From positions 200,853 to 264,852 of the forward strand of contig CAWATZ010000006.1 in assembly GCA_963784995.1 (NCBI GenBank): a stretch of DNA of 64,000 nucleotides. The letters run 5' to 3'. Origin of the DNA: an uncultured Planctomycetota bacterium (GTDB lineage Bacteria; Planctomycetota; Planctomycetia; Gemmatales; Gemmataceae). The position numbers and the translations under genes were made by a program. Below the pieces are notes generated by a model. It was not told where the DNA came from. It made no database searches and saw only the letters and a list, made by a program, of their open reading frames with translations. Within the stretch, counting starts at the first letter, position 1; every line of letters begins with the position of its first letter. Of the stretch, positions 48,572-57,872 are shown one piece after another.

Positions 48572-48658
48572 CCCGACGCGCCAGCGAGGGAGAGGACAAA
48601 ACCCTCGCTGGCGCGTCGGGCTAACGGCCGACTACGGCATCAGCACGGGAGAGACGAA

Positions 48659-49699
48659 ATGACGCGGGATGGGTCGCTGGAACGCTACAGCCGGCAGATG
48701 CGCTTTCACGGCATCGGCGAGGAGGGCCAGCGCCGCCTGGAGCGCGCCCGGGTCACCCTCTGTGGCTGTGGGGCCCTCGGCACCGTCCTGGCCAACGCTC
48801 TCGTCCGGGCCGGCGTCGGGCATCTGCGGCTGATCGACCGCGACTTCATTGAGATGAGCAACCTCCAGCGGCAGGTGCTTTTCGACGAGCATGACGTGGC
48901 CGAGAACCTGCCCAAGGCCGAGGCCGCTGCTCGCAAGCTCGCCGCCATCAACTCCAGCGTCCACGTCGAGCCGGTCGTCACCGACATCGATCGGACCAAC
49001 ATCCTGGAGCTGTGCTCCGACGCCGACCTGATCCTCGATGGGACGGACAATTTCGAGATCCGCTATCTGATCAACGACGTGGCGGTCAAGCTGAACAAGC
49101 CCTGGGTCTACGGTGGCTGCATCGGCAGCCACGGTCAGACCATGACCATCCTGCCCGGCCAGACGCCGTGCCTGCGCTGCGTCTTCGAGGCAGCCCCCGC
49201 CCCGGGCGAAACCGGCACCTGCGAGACGGCCGGCGTGCTGGGGCCGATCGTCAACGTGATCGCCAGCTACCAGGCAGCCGAGGCGATGAAGGTCCTGACG
49301 GGGCACCTGGAACAGGTCAACCGGGAGCTGCTGTACTTCGACCTGTGGGAGAACACATTCCGCCGGATCAAGATTGCCCCGCTGCTTGGCAAGGTCGATT
49401 GTCCCTGCTGCGGTCAGCGCCGCTTCGAGTGGCTGGAGGGAGCGTTCGGCTCGCAGACCACCAGCCTGTGCGGCCGCAATGCGGTGCAGGTGTCACAGCG
49501 GTCGGCGAGCAAGCTCAATTTCGAGGGACTGGCCCGAGACCTGGAACAGCTGGGCACGGTCAGCTACAACCGCTTCCTGCTCAAGTTCAACGCAGAAGGG
49601 TTCGAGTTCACCGTCTTCCCGGATGGCCGAGCGATCATCAAAGGCACCTCTGACGAGGACAGGGCCCGGTCGCTCTACGCGCGGTACATCGGACATTAG
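48659..49699 (+). CDS. ThiF/MoeB-family E1-like adenylyltransferase with a C-terminal extension
   Basis: YSRQ...GCGALG nucleotide-binding motif, CxxC...CPCC zinc motif, and about 100 extra C-terminal residues. Confidence 0.75.
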   Translation: MTRDGSLERYSRQMRFHGIGEEGQRRLERARVTLCGCGALGTVLANALVRAGVGHLRLIDRDFIEMSNLQRQVLFDEHDVAENLPKAEAAARKLAAINSSVHVEPVVTDIDRTNILELCSDADLILDGTDNFEIRYLINDVAVKLNKPWVYGGCIGSHGQTMTILPGQTPCLRCVFEAAPAPGETGTCETAGVLGPIVNVIASYQAAEAMKVLTGHLEQVNRELLYFDLWENTFRRIKIAPLLGKVDCPCCGQRRFEWLEGAFGSQTTSLCGRNAVQVSQRSASKLNFEGLARDLEQLGTVSYNRFLLKFNAEGFEFTVFPDGRAIIKGTSDEDRARSLYARYIGH

Positions 49700-50839
49700 T
49701 GCGGTCCCGCCACCGTTTGCCACCAATGTTCCGCCATGCCCAGTGACAGCGTCATGCCGGTCCCGCCCGTGGCCGTCATGATCGTCACTCCTCGGTCGCG
49801 GCTGGGCCGTGAACACCGGCAAGCTCGGGTGCTTGCCATACAGGCCGTGCCAGCGGCCAGCAATCGTCCAGTCGGGCAACTGCACCATCCCACGCAGATA
49901 GTCCAGGATCAGCTGATCGATCTCGGTCTTGTCAAACGGCTCGATCGCCTCGTCGTACTCGTGGGAATCGCCGATGACGACCTCCCCCAGATGATTCTGG
50001 GATGCCATGACGTGGATGCCGTGACGGACGAACTGCGGCAACTCCTCCTCGATGCGTTGCCGCAGCCGGGGCAGCGACGGACAGACGCGGAATGTCGGAT
50101 AGTGGCACAGCGTCAGCCCGCTGGCCAGGTGTGGGCCGAGAGTCCAGCCGGCCGGCTGCGGCACCGTGCGCATCATCTGCAGCTTGCAGCGGCGGATGCC
50201 CGAGCCGGCAAATACTTCGGGAAACAGCGTCTGGAAGTCGATACCGCCGGCCACGATCACCTGTTCCGCCTGCCAGGTGCGACCGTCCGCGGCGTGGACG
50301 TGCGGTGGGTCCACGGCCGTCACCGTCGTGCCGAAATGCACTTCCACCGGGTAGGTCCGGCTCAGGTACTCGGGAATGGTCGCGATCGCCTGGCGTGGAT
50401 CGACGCACAGCTCGGTCGGACTCCAGAGGGCCCCGAGCAATCCGTCGGGACGCACGGCCGGCGACCGGCGGAGCGTTTCCGCGAGGGTCAGCAGCTGGCA
50501 GTCAAAACCCAGGCCGGCGGATTGGCTGACGAACTCCTCCAGCACTGCCAGCTCGTCGTCCCGGTAAGCCAGGTGCAAGGAACCACAAGCGTTGATCCAG
50601 AAGCCCGCCTGCCGGGCCAGTTCCAGCCACAGCTCCCGGCTGCGCAGGGCCCGCTGGTGCATCTCGCCGGGAGTCTGGCCGATGGGCCAGATCATGCCGA
50701 AGTTGCGGATGGACGCCCCCCGCGGCCTGGGGTCGCGGTCAAACAGGCCGACCGAAAGCCCACGCCGGGCGGCCGACAAGGCATGGGCCAAACCCACGAT
50801 GCCGCCGCCGACCACCGCCACGTCCCGTTGTCGCCGCAT
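49696..50839 (-). CDS. FAD-dependent oxidoreductase (DAO family, TIGR03364-like); apparent frameshift near 49790-49805 removes the native C-terminus
   Basis: DVAVVGGGIVGLAHAL...SIRNFGMIWPIGQ. The native tail ...TGGTGMTLSLGMAEHWW is in the adjacent frame (ORF 49696-49893). Confidence 0.6.
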
Positions 50840-51032
50840 CTGTTTTCTCTTCCTGGTCCTCGATCGTTCCTTTGTGACAGCGTAGGGAACCACTGCCAGG
50901 GACGCCAGCGTTCATCGCTGGCATGGTCATTCTTTCGGCGGTCTTGTGCCCACCCCTTGCAAATCGCCTCCCGACCGGAGAAGATAACTCCAGCTTGCCC
51001 TGATTGACCCGACCCGAAGCTGGACTTCTCAA

Positions 51033-52154
51033 ATGAAGACACGCTCACGCGACGCCAAGCCAACGGCCGCCTCAACCGGCGTCACCGCAACCCCTCCCGC
51101 CGCGCACCAGGGCCAGACCCTCCCCGGTCCTGGTCGAGCCGTACCACCGCTGCACCGCGGCCGCTGGTGGCTGGCTGCCTTCGTCTTGCTGCTGGTTACG
51201 GTCGGCGTCGGTGCCTTTGCCCTGCTGAAGGAAGCGTCTCCCGAGGGGATGGTCTGGGTTCCCGGCGGAGACTTCGTGATGGGCGACGAACGCTTTGAGG
51301 ATGCCGGGCCGCTGCACAAGGTCCACGTCGATGGCTTCTGGATGGACAAAACCGAGGTCACCAACGCCCAGTTCGCCCGCTTCGTCGAGGCCACCGGCTA
51401 CAAGACCATCGCCGAACAGCAGCCCACCGAGCAGCAATATCCAGGTGCCAAGAAGGAGAACCTGGTTCCTGGCTCCATCGTCTTCGCGCCGCCCAGGGAC
51501 TGCAATCTCAAGGAGTGCAAGGCGTGCGGCGAGTGTCGCTGGTGGATCTACAAACCCGGCGCCAGCTGGAAGCATCCCGAAGGGCCCGACACCGACCTCA
51601 AGGGCAAGGAGAATCACCCGGTGGTCCACATTGCTTACGTGGACGCCGTGGCTTACGCCAAATGGACCGGCAAGCGGCTGCCGACCGAGGCCGAGTGGGA
51701 GTTCGCGGCCCGCGGCGGTCTGGAGGGCAAACCCTATTACTGGGGCGACAAGCTGAAACCGGACGGCAAGTGGATGGCCAACATCTTCCAGGGCGACTTC
51801 CCCAACAAGAACACCGCCGAGGACGGCTACCGCACCACGGCCCCCGTGGGCTCGTTCCCGGCCAACGCCTATGGCCTGCACGACATGTCCGGCAACGTCT
51901 GGGAGTGGTGCAGCGACTGGTATCGGCCCGATTACTATGCCACCTGCCTCGCAGAGAAAATCCGCGACAATCCGCAAGGGCCGCGTGACAGCGTCGATCC
52001 AAACCGGCGCGGGGAACCCAAGCGCGTGCTGCGCGGCGGCTCGTTCGAGTGCAGCGACCAGTATTGCAACCGCTACCTGGCCGGGGCTCGGCACCACGGC
52101 TCACCGGATACGGGCGCGATGCACAACGGCTTCCGCTGCGTCAAGTCAAAATGA
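51033..52154 (+). CDS. Formylglycine-generating enzyme family protein (SUMF1-like), membrane-anchored
   Basis: N-terminal TM anchor. Motifs GNVWEWCSDWY and RGGSF. Confidence 0.8.
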   Translation: MKTRSRDAKPTAASTGVTATPPAAHQGQTLPGPGRAVPPLHRGRWWLAAFVLLLVTVGVGAFALLKEASPEGMVWVPGGDFVMGDERFEDAGPLHKVHVDGFWMDKTEVTNAQFARFVEATGYKTIAEQQPTEQQYPGAKKENLVPGSIVFAPPRDCNLKECKACGECRWWIYKPGASWKHPEGPDTDLKGKENHPVVHIAYVDAVAYAKWTGKRLPTEAEWEFAARGGLEGKPYYWGDKLKPDGKWMANIFQGDFPNKNTAEDGYRTTAPVGSFPANAYGLHDMSGNVWEWCSDWYRPDYYATCLAEKIRDNPQGPRDSVDPNRRGEPKRVLRGGSFECSDQYCNRYLAGARHHGSPDTGAMHNGFRCVKSK

Positions 52155-52155
52155 A

Positions 52156-52266
52156 CCACAGAGGACACAGAGGACACAGAGAAAACCATCCCATGCGCGA
52201 CTCCAGGCTTCCTTTTTTCCTCTCCCTCGTCTTCCTATCTTCTCTGTGTCCTCTGTGCCTCTGTGG
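52156..52266. promoter_or_regulatory. 27/28-bp inverted repeat bracketing the RBS, start codon and signal-peptide codons of the downstream dehydrogenase gene
   Basis: ccacagaggacacagaggacacagagaa (52156-52183) versus ttctctgtgtcctctgtgcctctgtgg (52240-52266), 1 mismatch. The right arm encodes SLCPLCLCG. Confidence 0.55.
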
Positions 52267-55154
52267 TGAATCCTCTGGCCTGCGGCTGCCGGAGGGGTTC
52301 GAGGTGGTCGAGTGGGCCGACAGCAGCCTGGCCAACGACATTTACTGCCTCACCGTCGGCCCGTCCGGGCAGGTGGTCGTCTCGGGGCGCGGCTACGTCC
52401 GGCAGCTGGTCGATGAGAAAGGGGCCGGCAAGGCGACCCGGGCCCTGGACTTTGCCGAGGCACCGCGTGACGGGGCGATGGGCCTGTGCTGGGACGGCGA
52501 CGACCTGTACTGCATGGGCGACGGTGGTTTGCGGCGGTATCGCCAGGCCGGCGGCGCGGGACGCACCAGACCGTCCGAGCTGCTGTATCCGTTCAAAACC
52601 GGCGGCGAACACAGCGCCCACGCCATCCTCCGCGGCCCGGACGGCTGGTTGTACGTCATCGGCGGCGACGGCACGGGCATCTCACGGAAGGAAGCGAGCC
52701 TGCCGACCTCGCCGATCAAGGAACCCATCGGCGGTGGCGTGGTTCGCTTCACCCCGGACTTTCGCGGCAGCGAGATCGTCGCCGACGGCTTCCGCAACGC
52801 CTACGGCATGGACTTCAACCCCGACGGCGAGCTGTTCACTTTCGACAGTGACAACGAACGCTGTGTCTCGCTGCCGTGGTACGAGCAGTGCCGCTTCTAC
52901 CACGTTGCTGCGGGGAGCCATCATGGCTGGCAGGCCCATCAGCACGCCCAGACCTGGCGGCAGCCGCCGTATTTCCTCGACGTCACTCCGCCCGTGGCCC
53001 ACTTGGAGCGCGGCTCGCCGACCGGTGTGGTCTGCTATCGGCATACACAGTTCCCGCCGCATTACCGGGGCGGCTTGTTCCTGCTCGACTGGACTTTTGG
53101 CCGGGTGTGGTTCCTGAAGCTGGAACGAGCCGGCAGTTCCTACACCGCTCAGCGTGAAGTGTTCCTGCAAGCCACCGGTGAGGACGGCTTCGCCCCCACG
53201 GCGGCTGCCGTCGATCCGCGCAACGGCGATCTGTACCTGAGCATCGGCGGCCGGGGCACTCGCGGTGCCGTGTATCGGATTCGCTATCCGCAAGGGGCAA
53301 AGTCGATCACGGCTGAGGGCGTGGCCCGGCTCCAGCCCGCACGGCGCATCCTGGACTGGAAGCCGGACCTGGCGGCCGTCACGGATCGAGAAGGCGACCG
53401 CCGGCAATCCAGGCGAGCGGCTGGAAGCACTGCAATGGCTGCTGCGCCACCGTGAACGGCTGGAGGCGAGCCAGGCGGAGCAGGCGGTCGAGACCAACCT
53501 GAAGCAAACCGACCGCTTGCTGCGTCAGGCAACCGCGCGGCTGCTGGCGAGCATGCCTCCGGAAAAGCAGCAGCAACTGAGCCTCCGAGCGAAGAAGCCC
53601 GAGGCACGGCTGACGGTGGGCCTGGCCCAGCACGGCGCCGTCCTGCTGGACCTGATCGCGGATTCGCGTCTTGCCCCACGGCTCCGCCTGGACGCCGTGC
53701 GCCTGCTCCAGTTGCATCTGGGCGACATTGGTGACAAGTCATCCAAGGGCACACTCTGGGAGGGCTACAGCCGGCGGCAGCCGAAGCCCGAGAGCAGCCC
53801 GGCGATGTGCCAGGCCCTGCGCGACAGCTTCCCTTCGGGACATGCCGATCTGGACCGCGAATTGCTCCGGACACTGGCTCTGCTCCAGGACGACAACCCG
53901 GACCTGCCGCCACACTTGACCGCCCGCTTGACCGAGGCGTCCCATCCAACTGACGATTTCCACGTCCTGACCGTGCTGGCCCGGCTGCGCGGCGGCTTTT
54001 CCGACGCGGTGGTCCGGCAGACCGCCCATGCTCTGCTGCGGCTCGACGCCAAGGTGATGGCTCGCAAGATGAACCGCGAACGCAACTGGGACGATCGCCT
54101 GCGGGAGCTGGTCGCGGCCCTGGTCCGCAAGGAGCCGAAGCTGCCACTCGCCCTGCTGGACGACAACGAGTTCGGCCGGGCCGACCACGTCTGTTTCGTG
54201 GAATCGCTCCGGACCGGACGCGACCGGGCGGCCGAGAAGTTCCTGGCGACGGCCCAGCGCGAGCCGAACTTTGCCTGGAATGCCGGCCTGATTGGACTGG
54301 TGGGTGAGTTGCCCGAGGAGCGCTCCTTGCCAATCCTGCGGAAGCTCTGGGGCCAGGCCGGGCAGGACGAGGCGATCCTGGAAGTGCTGGCGCGGAAGCC
54401 CCGTCTCGCCGACCGGGACCGGTTTGTCGAGAGCCTGAAGTCGGGCCGGATGCAAACGATCGCCGCCGCCGTGCAATCGCTGGCGTCGCTAAAGGTCAAG
54501 CTGACGCGGGACGAGGTGCTGGCCCTGGTGCTGGCCCTGCGCGGCCTGCCGCCAGGCAAGGAGGGCGAGCCGATCCGCAAGCACGTTCTGCCGCTGCTCA
54601 AGGCGCAGACGGACCAGGGCCTGCCCGACGCCGATGCCTGGAGCAAGTGGGTCGCCCGCACCTGGCCCGACTTTGCCCCACGGGTCCGCAACCTCGACGG
54701 CGTCGATGAAGGGGCCTGGGAGCGGCGGCTGGCGGGCATCGACTGGAGCCAGGGAACCAGCGAGGCCGGTCGGCAGGTGTTCGTCCGGGCGCAGTGCAGC
54801 AGCTGTCACTCGGGGTCTCAGGCCCTCGGCCCGGACCTCAAGGGCGTGTCCGGCCGCTTCTCGCGGGCCGACCTGTTCACCGCCATCCTCCAGCCGAGCA
54901 AGGAGGTGCCGCCGCGCTACCGCACCACGCTGCTGACCACCACCGCGGGCAAGACCTACCAGGGGATGATCGTCTACGAGGCGCTCGACAGCCTGATCCT
55001 GCAAACGGGGCCGCTAACCACGGTGCGCGTGACCGAGACGCAGATCAGCGAACGCCAGCCAAGTACGCGGTCGCTGATGCCGGCAGGCCTGCTCGACCGG
55101 CTCAGCGACCGGGAGATTGCCGATCTGTATGCGTATTTGAAGGGGTTGAAGTGA
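52193..55154 (+). CDS. PVC-type membrane-bound dehydrogenase-domain / HEAT / cytochrome c (CxxCH) protein, paralog 2; apparent frameshift near 53385-53400
   Basis: Same architecture as 14903-18064. C-terminal CSSCHSG heme motif. The frame switches from 2 to 3 between ORF 52049-53455 and ORF 53265-55154. Confidence 0.65.
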
Positions 55155-55189
55155 TCCGCCAGGGGATCGTATCACAACCCCTCCCCCAG

Positions 55190-55212
55190 CCCCTCCCCGA
55201 AGCGGGGAGGGG
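55190..55212 (+). terminator. GC-rich hairpin (cccctcccc gaagc ggggagggg) nested inside an 11-bp inverted repeat (55165-55175 / 55247-55257), after the dehydrogenase gene
   Basis: 9-bp G/C stem 36 nt after the stop. The outer IR is gatcgtatcac/gtgatacgatc. Confidence 0.4.
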
Positions 55213-55297
55213 AGCAAATCGGCCGGCTTGGCAAACCTCTGCCGGAGTGATACGATCATCCTGAACCAACCCTCTCATCCCGGCAAGGAGTGCCGCC

Positions 55298-57800
55298 ATG
55301 CGAATCGTGTCGTGGGTCGTGTCTGCCATTCTTCTCGGTGTTGTGGCGACTGCTGCGCCAGGTCAGCCCGGGATACCTCTGCTCCCAAACCCAAAGTTCG
55401 TGCCGGCGCCTGAGGCCCCTCGCGCCTCTATCTTGGGCGCTCACGCTGCCGTGAACCCTGCCCCGGTCGTCACGGACGAACAGAAGCTGCGGGGTGCTGG
55501 CCTGCGCGTCGATGGCCCGTCCCTGGTGGAGTTCTTTCGGCAACGTGCTTCGCAGGCCACGGACCCCGAAGAGATTAACCCCTGGATCAAGCGCCTGGTG
55601 GATGAGGATGTCGCGGTCCGCTCCCGGGCGGCACGAGTGTTACTGGGCCGCGGCGCTGCCGCGTTGCCTCTGCTGCGGCGGGCGGCCAACGACCTGGGCA
55701 ACCCCGAACTGGCAAGCCAGGCCCAGCGCTGCCTGCGGTTGATCGAAGGAGAAGGCACAACGGTTGTGCCGGCCGCTGCCGTACGCCTGCTGGTCCAGCG
55801 CAAGCCAGCCGGGGCCGTGGAAGCGCTGCTGGACTACCTGCCGGCGGCGGAGACTCCCGCCCTTATCGAGGAAGTGGCCAGCGCCTTGACCGCTCTGGCG
55901 TATCCCAACGACAAGCCGCACTCCGCCTTGCTCGAAGCGCTGACCGACGCCGTGCCGCTGCGTCGTGCGGTGGCCGGCAGCGTCCTGGCCGGCAAGGACC
56001 ACCCCCAGGCACGGCCGTACGTCCGCAAGCTGCTGCGTGATCCCAGGCCGCTGGTGCGGCTGCGTATCGGGCTGGCCCTGGCTGAAGCCAACGACCTGGA
56101 CGGAGTGCCCGTGCTCATCGAGTTGCTGGCCGAGGCGCCTGCCCCGCAGCACAAGCCCATCGAGGAGCTGCTGCGTCGTCTGGCAGGCGAATGGGCGCCG
56201 ACCACGCCACAAGGCGACGATGAGGTTGCCCGCCGCATTCGTCGTGGCGCCTGGGCCAGCTGGTGGCGCGAGAGCGACGGCCCGGCTCTGCTGGCCCAGC
56301 TGCGGCGGCATACGCTCAGCACCAAGGACCAGGCCAGGGTCCAGGCGCTCGATCGAGAAGCTGGGAGACGACGACTTTGAGGTGCGGCAGAACGCCTCGG
56401 GCGAACTGACCGAGTTTGGTGCGCTGGCCGTGCCGCTGCTGCGTGAAGCCAGCCACAGCACGGACGCGGAACGGGCCCGCCGAGCCGAGGAGTGTCTCAA
56501 GGACATTGCCGACAAGGGTGGCAAACCTCTGCCGGAACCTGTCTTGCGGCTGCTGAGCGTGCGCAAGCCAGCCGGGGCCGTGGAGGCGATCCTCGACTAT
56601 CTGCCCTTTGCCGACACTGAGCAGAGGAGAGAAGAGGCACGGACGGCCCTGGCGGTCCTGGCGGTGCGTGAGGGTCGGTTGGAGCCGGCGTTGCTGCGGG
56701 CGCTGGAAGATCCGCTGCCGCTGCGGCGGCTGACCGCCGCGGAGGCCATCCTGGCGGCGAGCCCCCTGGAGCAGCGGGACGCCGTGCGCAAGCTGCTGCG
56801 TGACAGCGACCCGCTGGTGCGGCTGCGTACCGCCGTGGCCCTGGCCGTCAAGCGTGATCGGGAAGCGATCCCGGTGCTGATCGAGTCGCTAGCCGAGGAA
56901 CCCTCCGACGCCAGCGGCGATGCGGAGGAAATCCTGTACCGCCTGGCCGGAGAAAATGGACCGAAGACGTTGCCGGTCAGCGGCACCGCCGACCGCCGCC
57001 AGCGCCGCGATGCCTGGGCGGCTTGGTGGAAGGCGTCCGGTTCGTCGGTCGATCTGGCCGTGCTTGAGAACCACACGCGCTTGCTGGGGTATACACTTCT
57101 GATAAGTTCGGCGGCCGGTCGGGTGCTAGAACTGGGCCGGGACGGCAAGCCGCGCTGGGTCATTGCCGGGCTGGCGAATCCGTTGGATGCCGTCATTCTG
57201 TCCGGTGACCGCGTGCTGATCGCGGAATACACCGGCAAGCGTGTGACCGAACGCGATTTCCAGGGCAAGATCCTCTGGCAAAAGGACGGGCTGGGAGCCG
57301 ATCCGGTCAACGTGCAGCGTCTGGCCAACGGCAACACCTTTATCGCCACGGAGAAGGAGTTGCTTGAGGTCGATCGCGCCGGCAAGACGGTCTGGAGCCA
57401 GTCTTTTCCGAACCTCATGGCAGCGTCCAGATCTCGGGATGGCAGCATCACGTGCCTGGACCAGGCTGGCCAGTGTGTTCGGCTCTCCTCTGACGGCAAG
57501 GAACTGAAGCGGTTTCCTTCCGGAGACAAGGCAGTTTATCACGGCTGCCTCGAAGTGACGGCCAACGGCCGGATCTTGATCGCGCAGCACAATGAGAACA
57601 GGGTAATAGAAATGGACGCCGAAGGCAGAGTTCTCTGGCAAGCCGCGGCACCGAAAATTGCCAGAGCCACGCCTATGCCCAACGGGCACGTACTGGTCGC
57701 CAGCTGCGACAATCAGCTGGTGACCGAACTGGATCGAGCCGGAAAGGTCGTTTGGGAATACAAGACCGGCATGCCGGTCTCGCGAGCCCGGCGGCGCTGA
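55298..57800 (+). CDS. Secreted HEAT-repeat + beta-propeller protein, tandem paralog A; single-base frameshift (extra g at about 56351)
   Basis: Collinear with intact paralog B. The frame breaks at ...QARVQAL|IEKLGDDDFEVRQNASG. Confidence 0.6.
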
Positions 57801-57872
57801 CCTGTCCGCTCCCTATGATGGGGATTCCGACCACCCTTGGGCACTCGCCCCATTCAGGCCAGGAGAGCCTCC

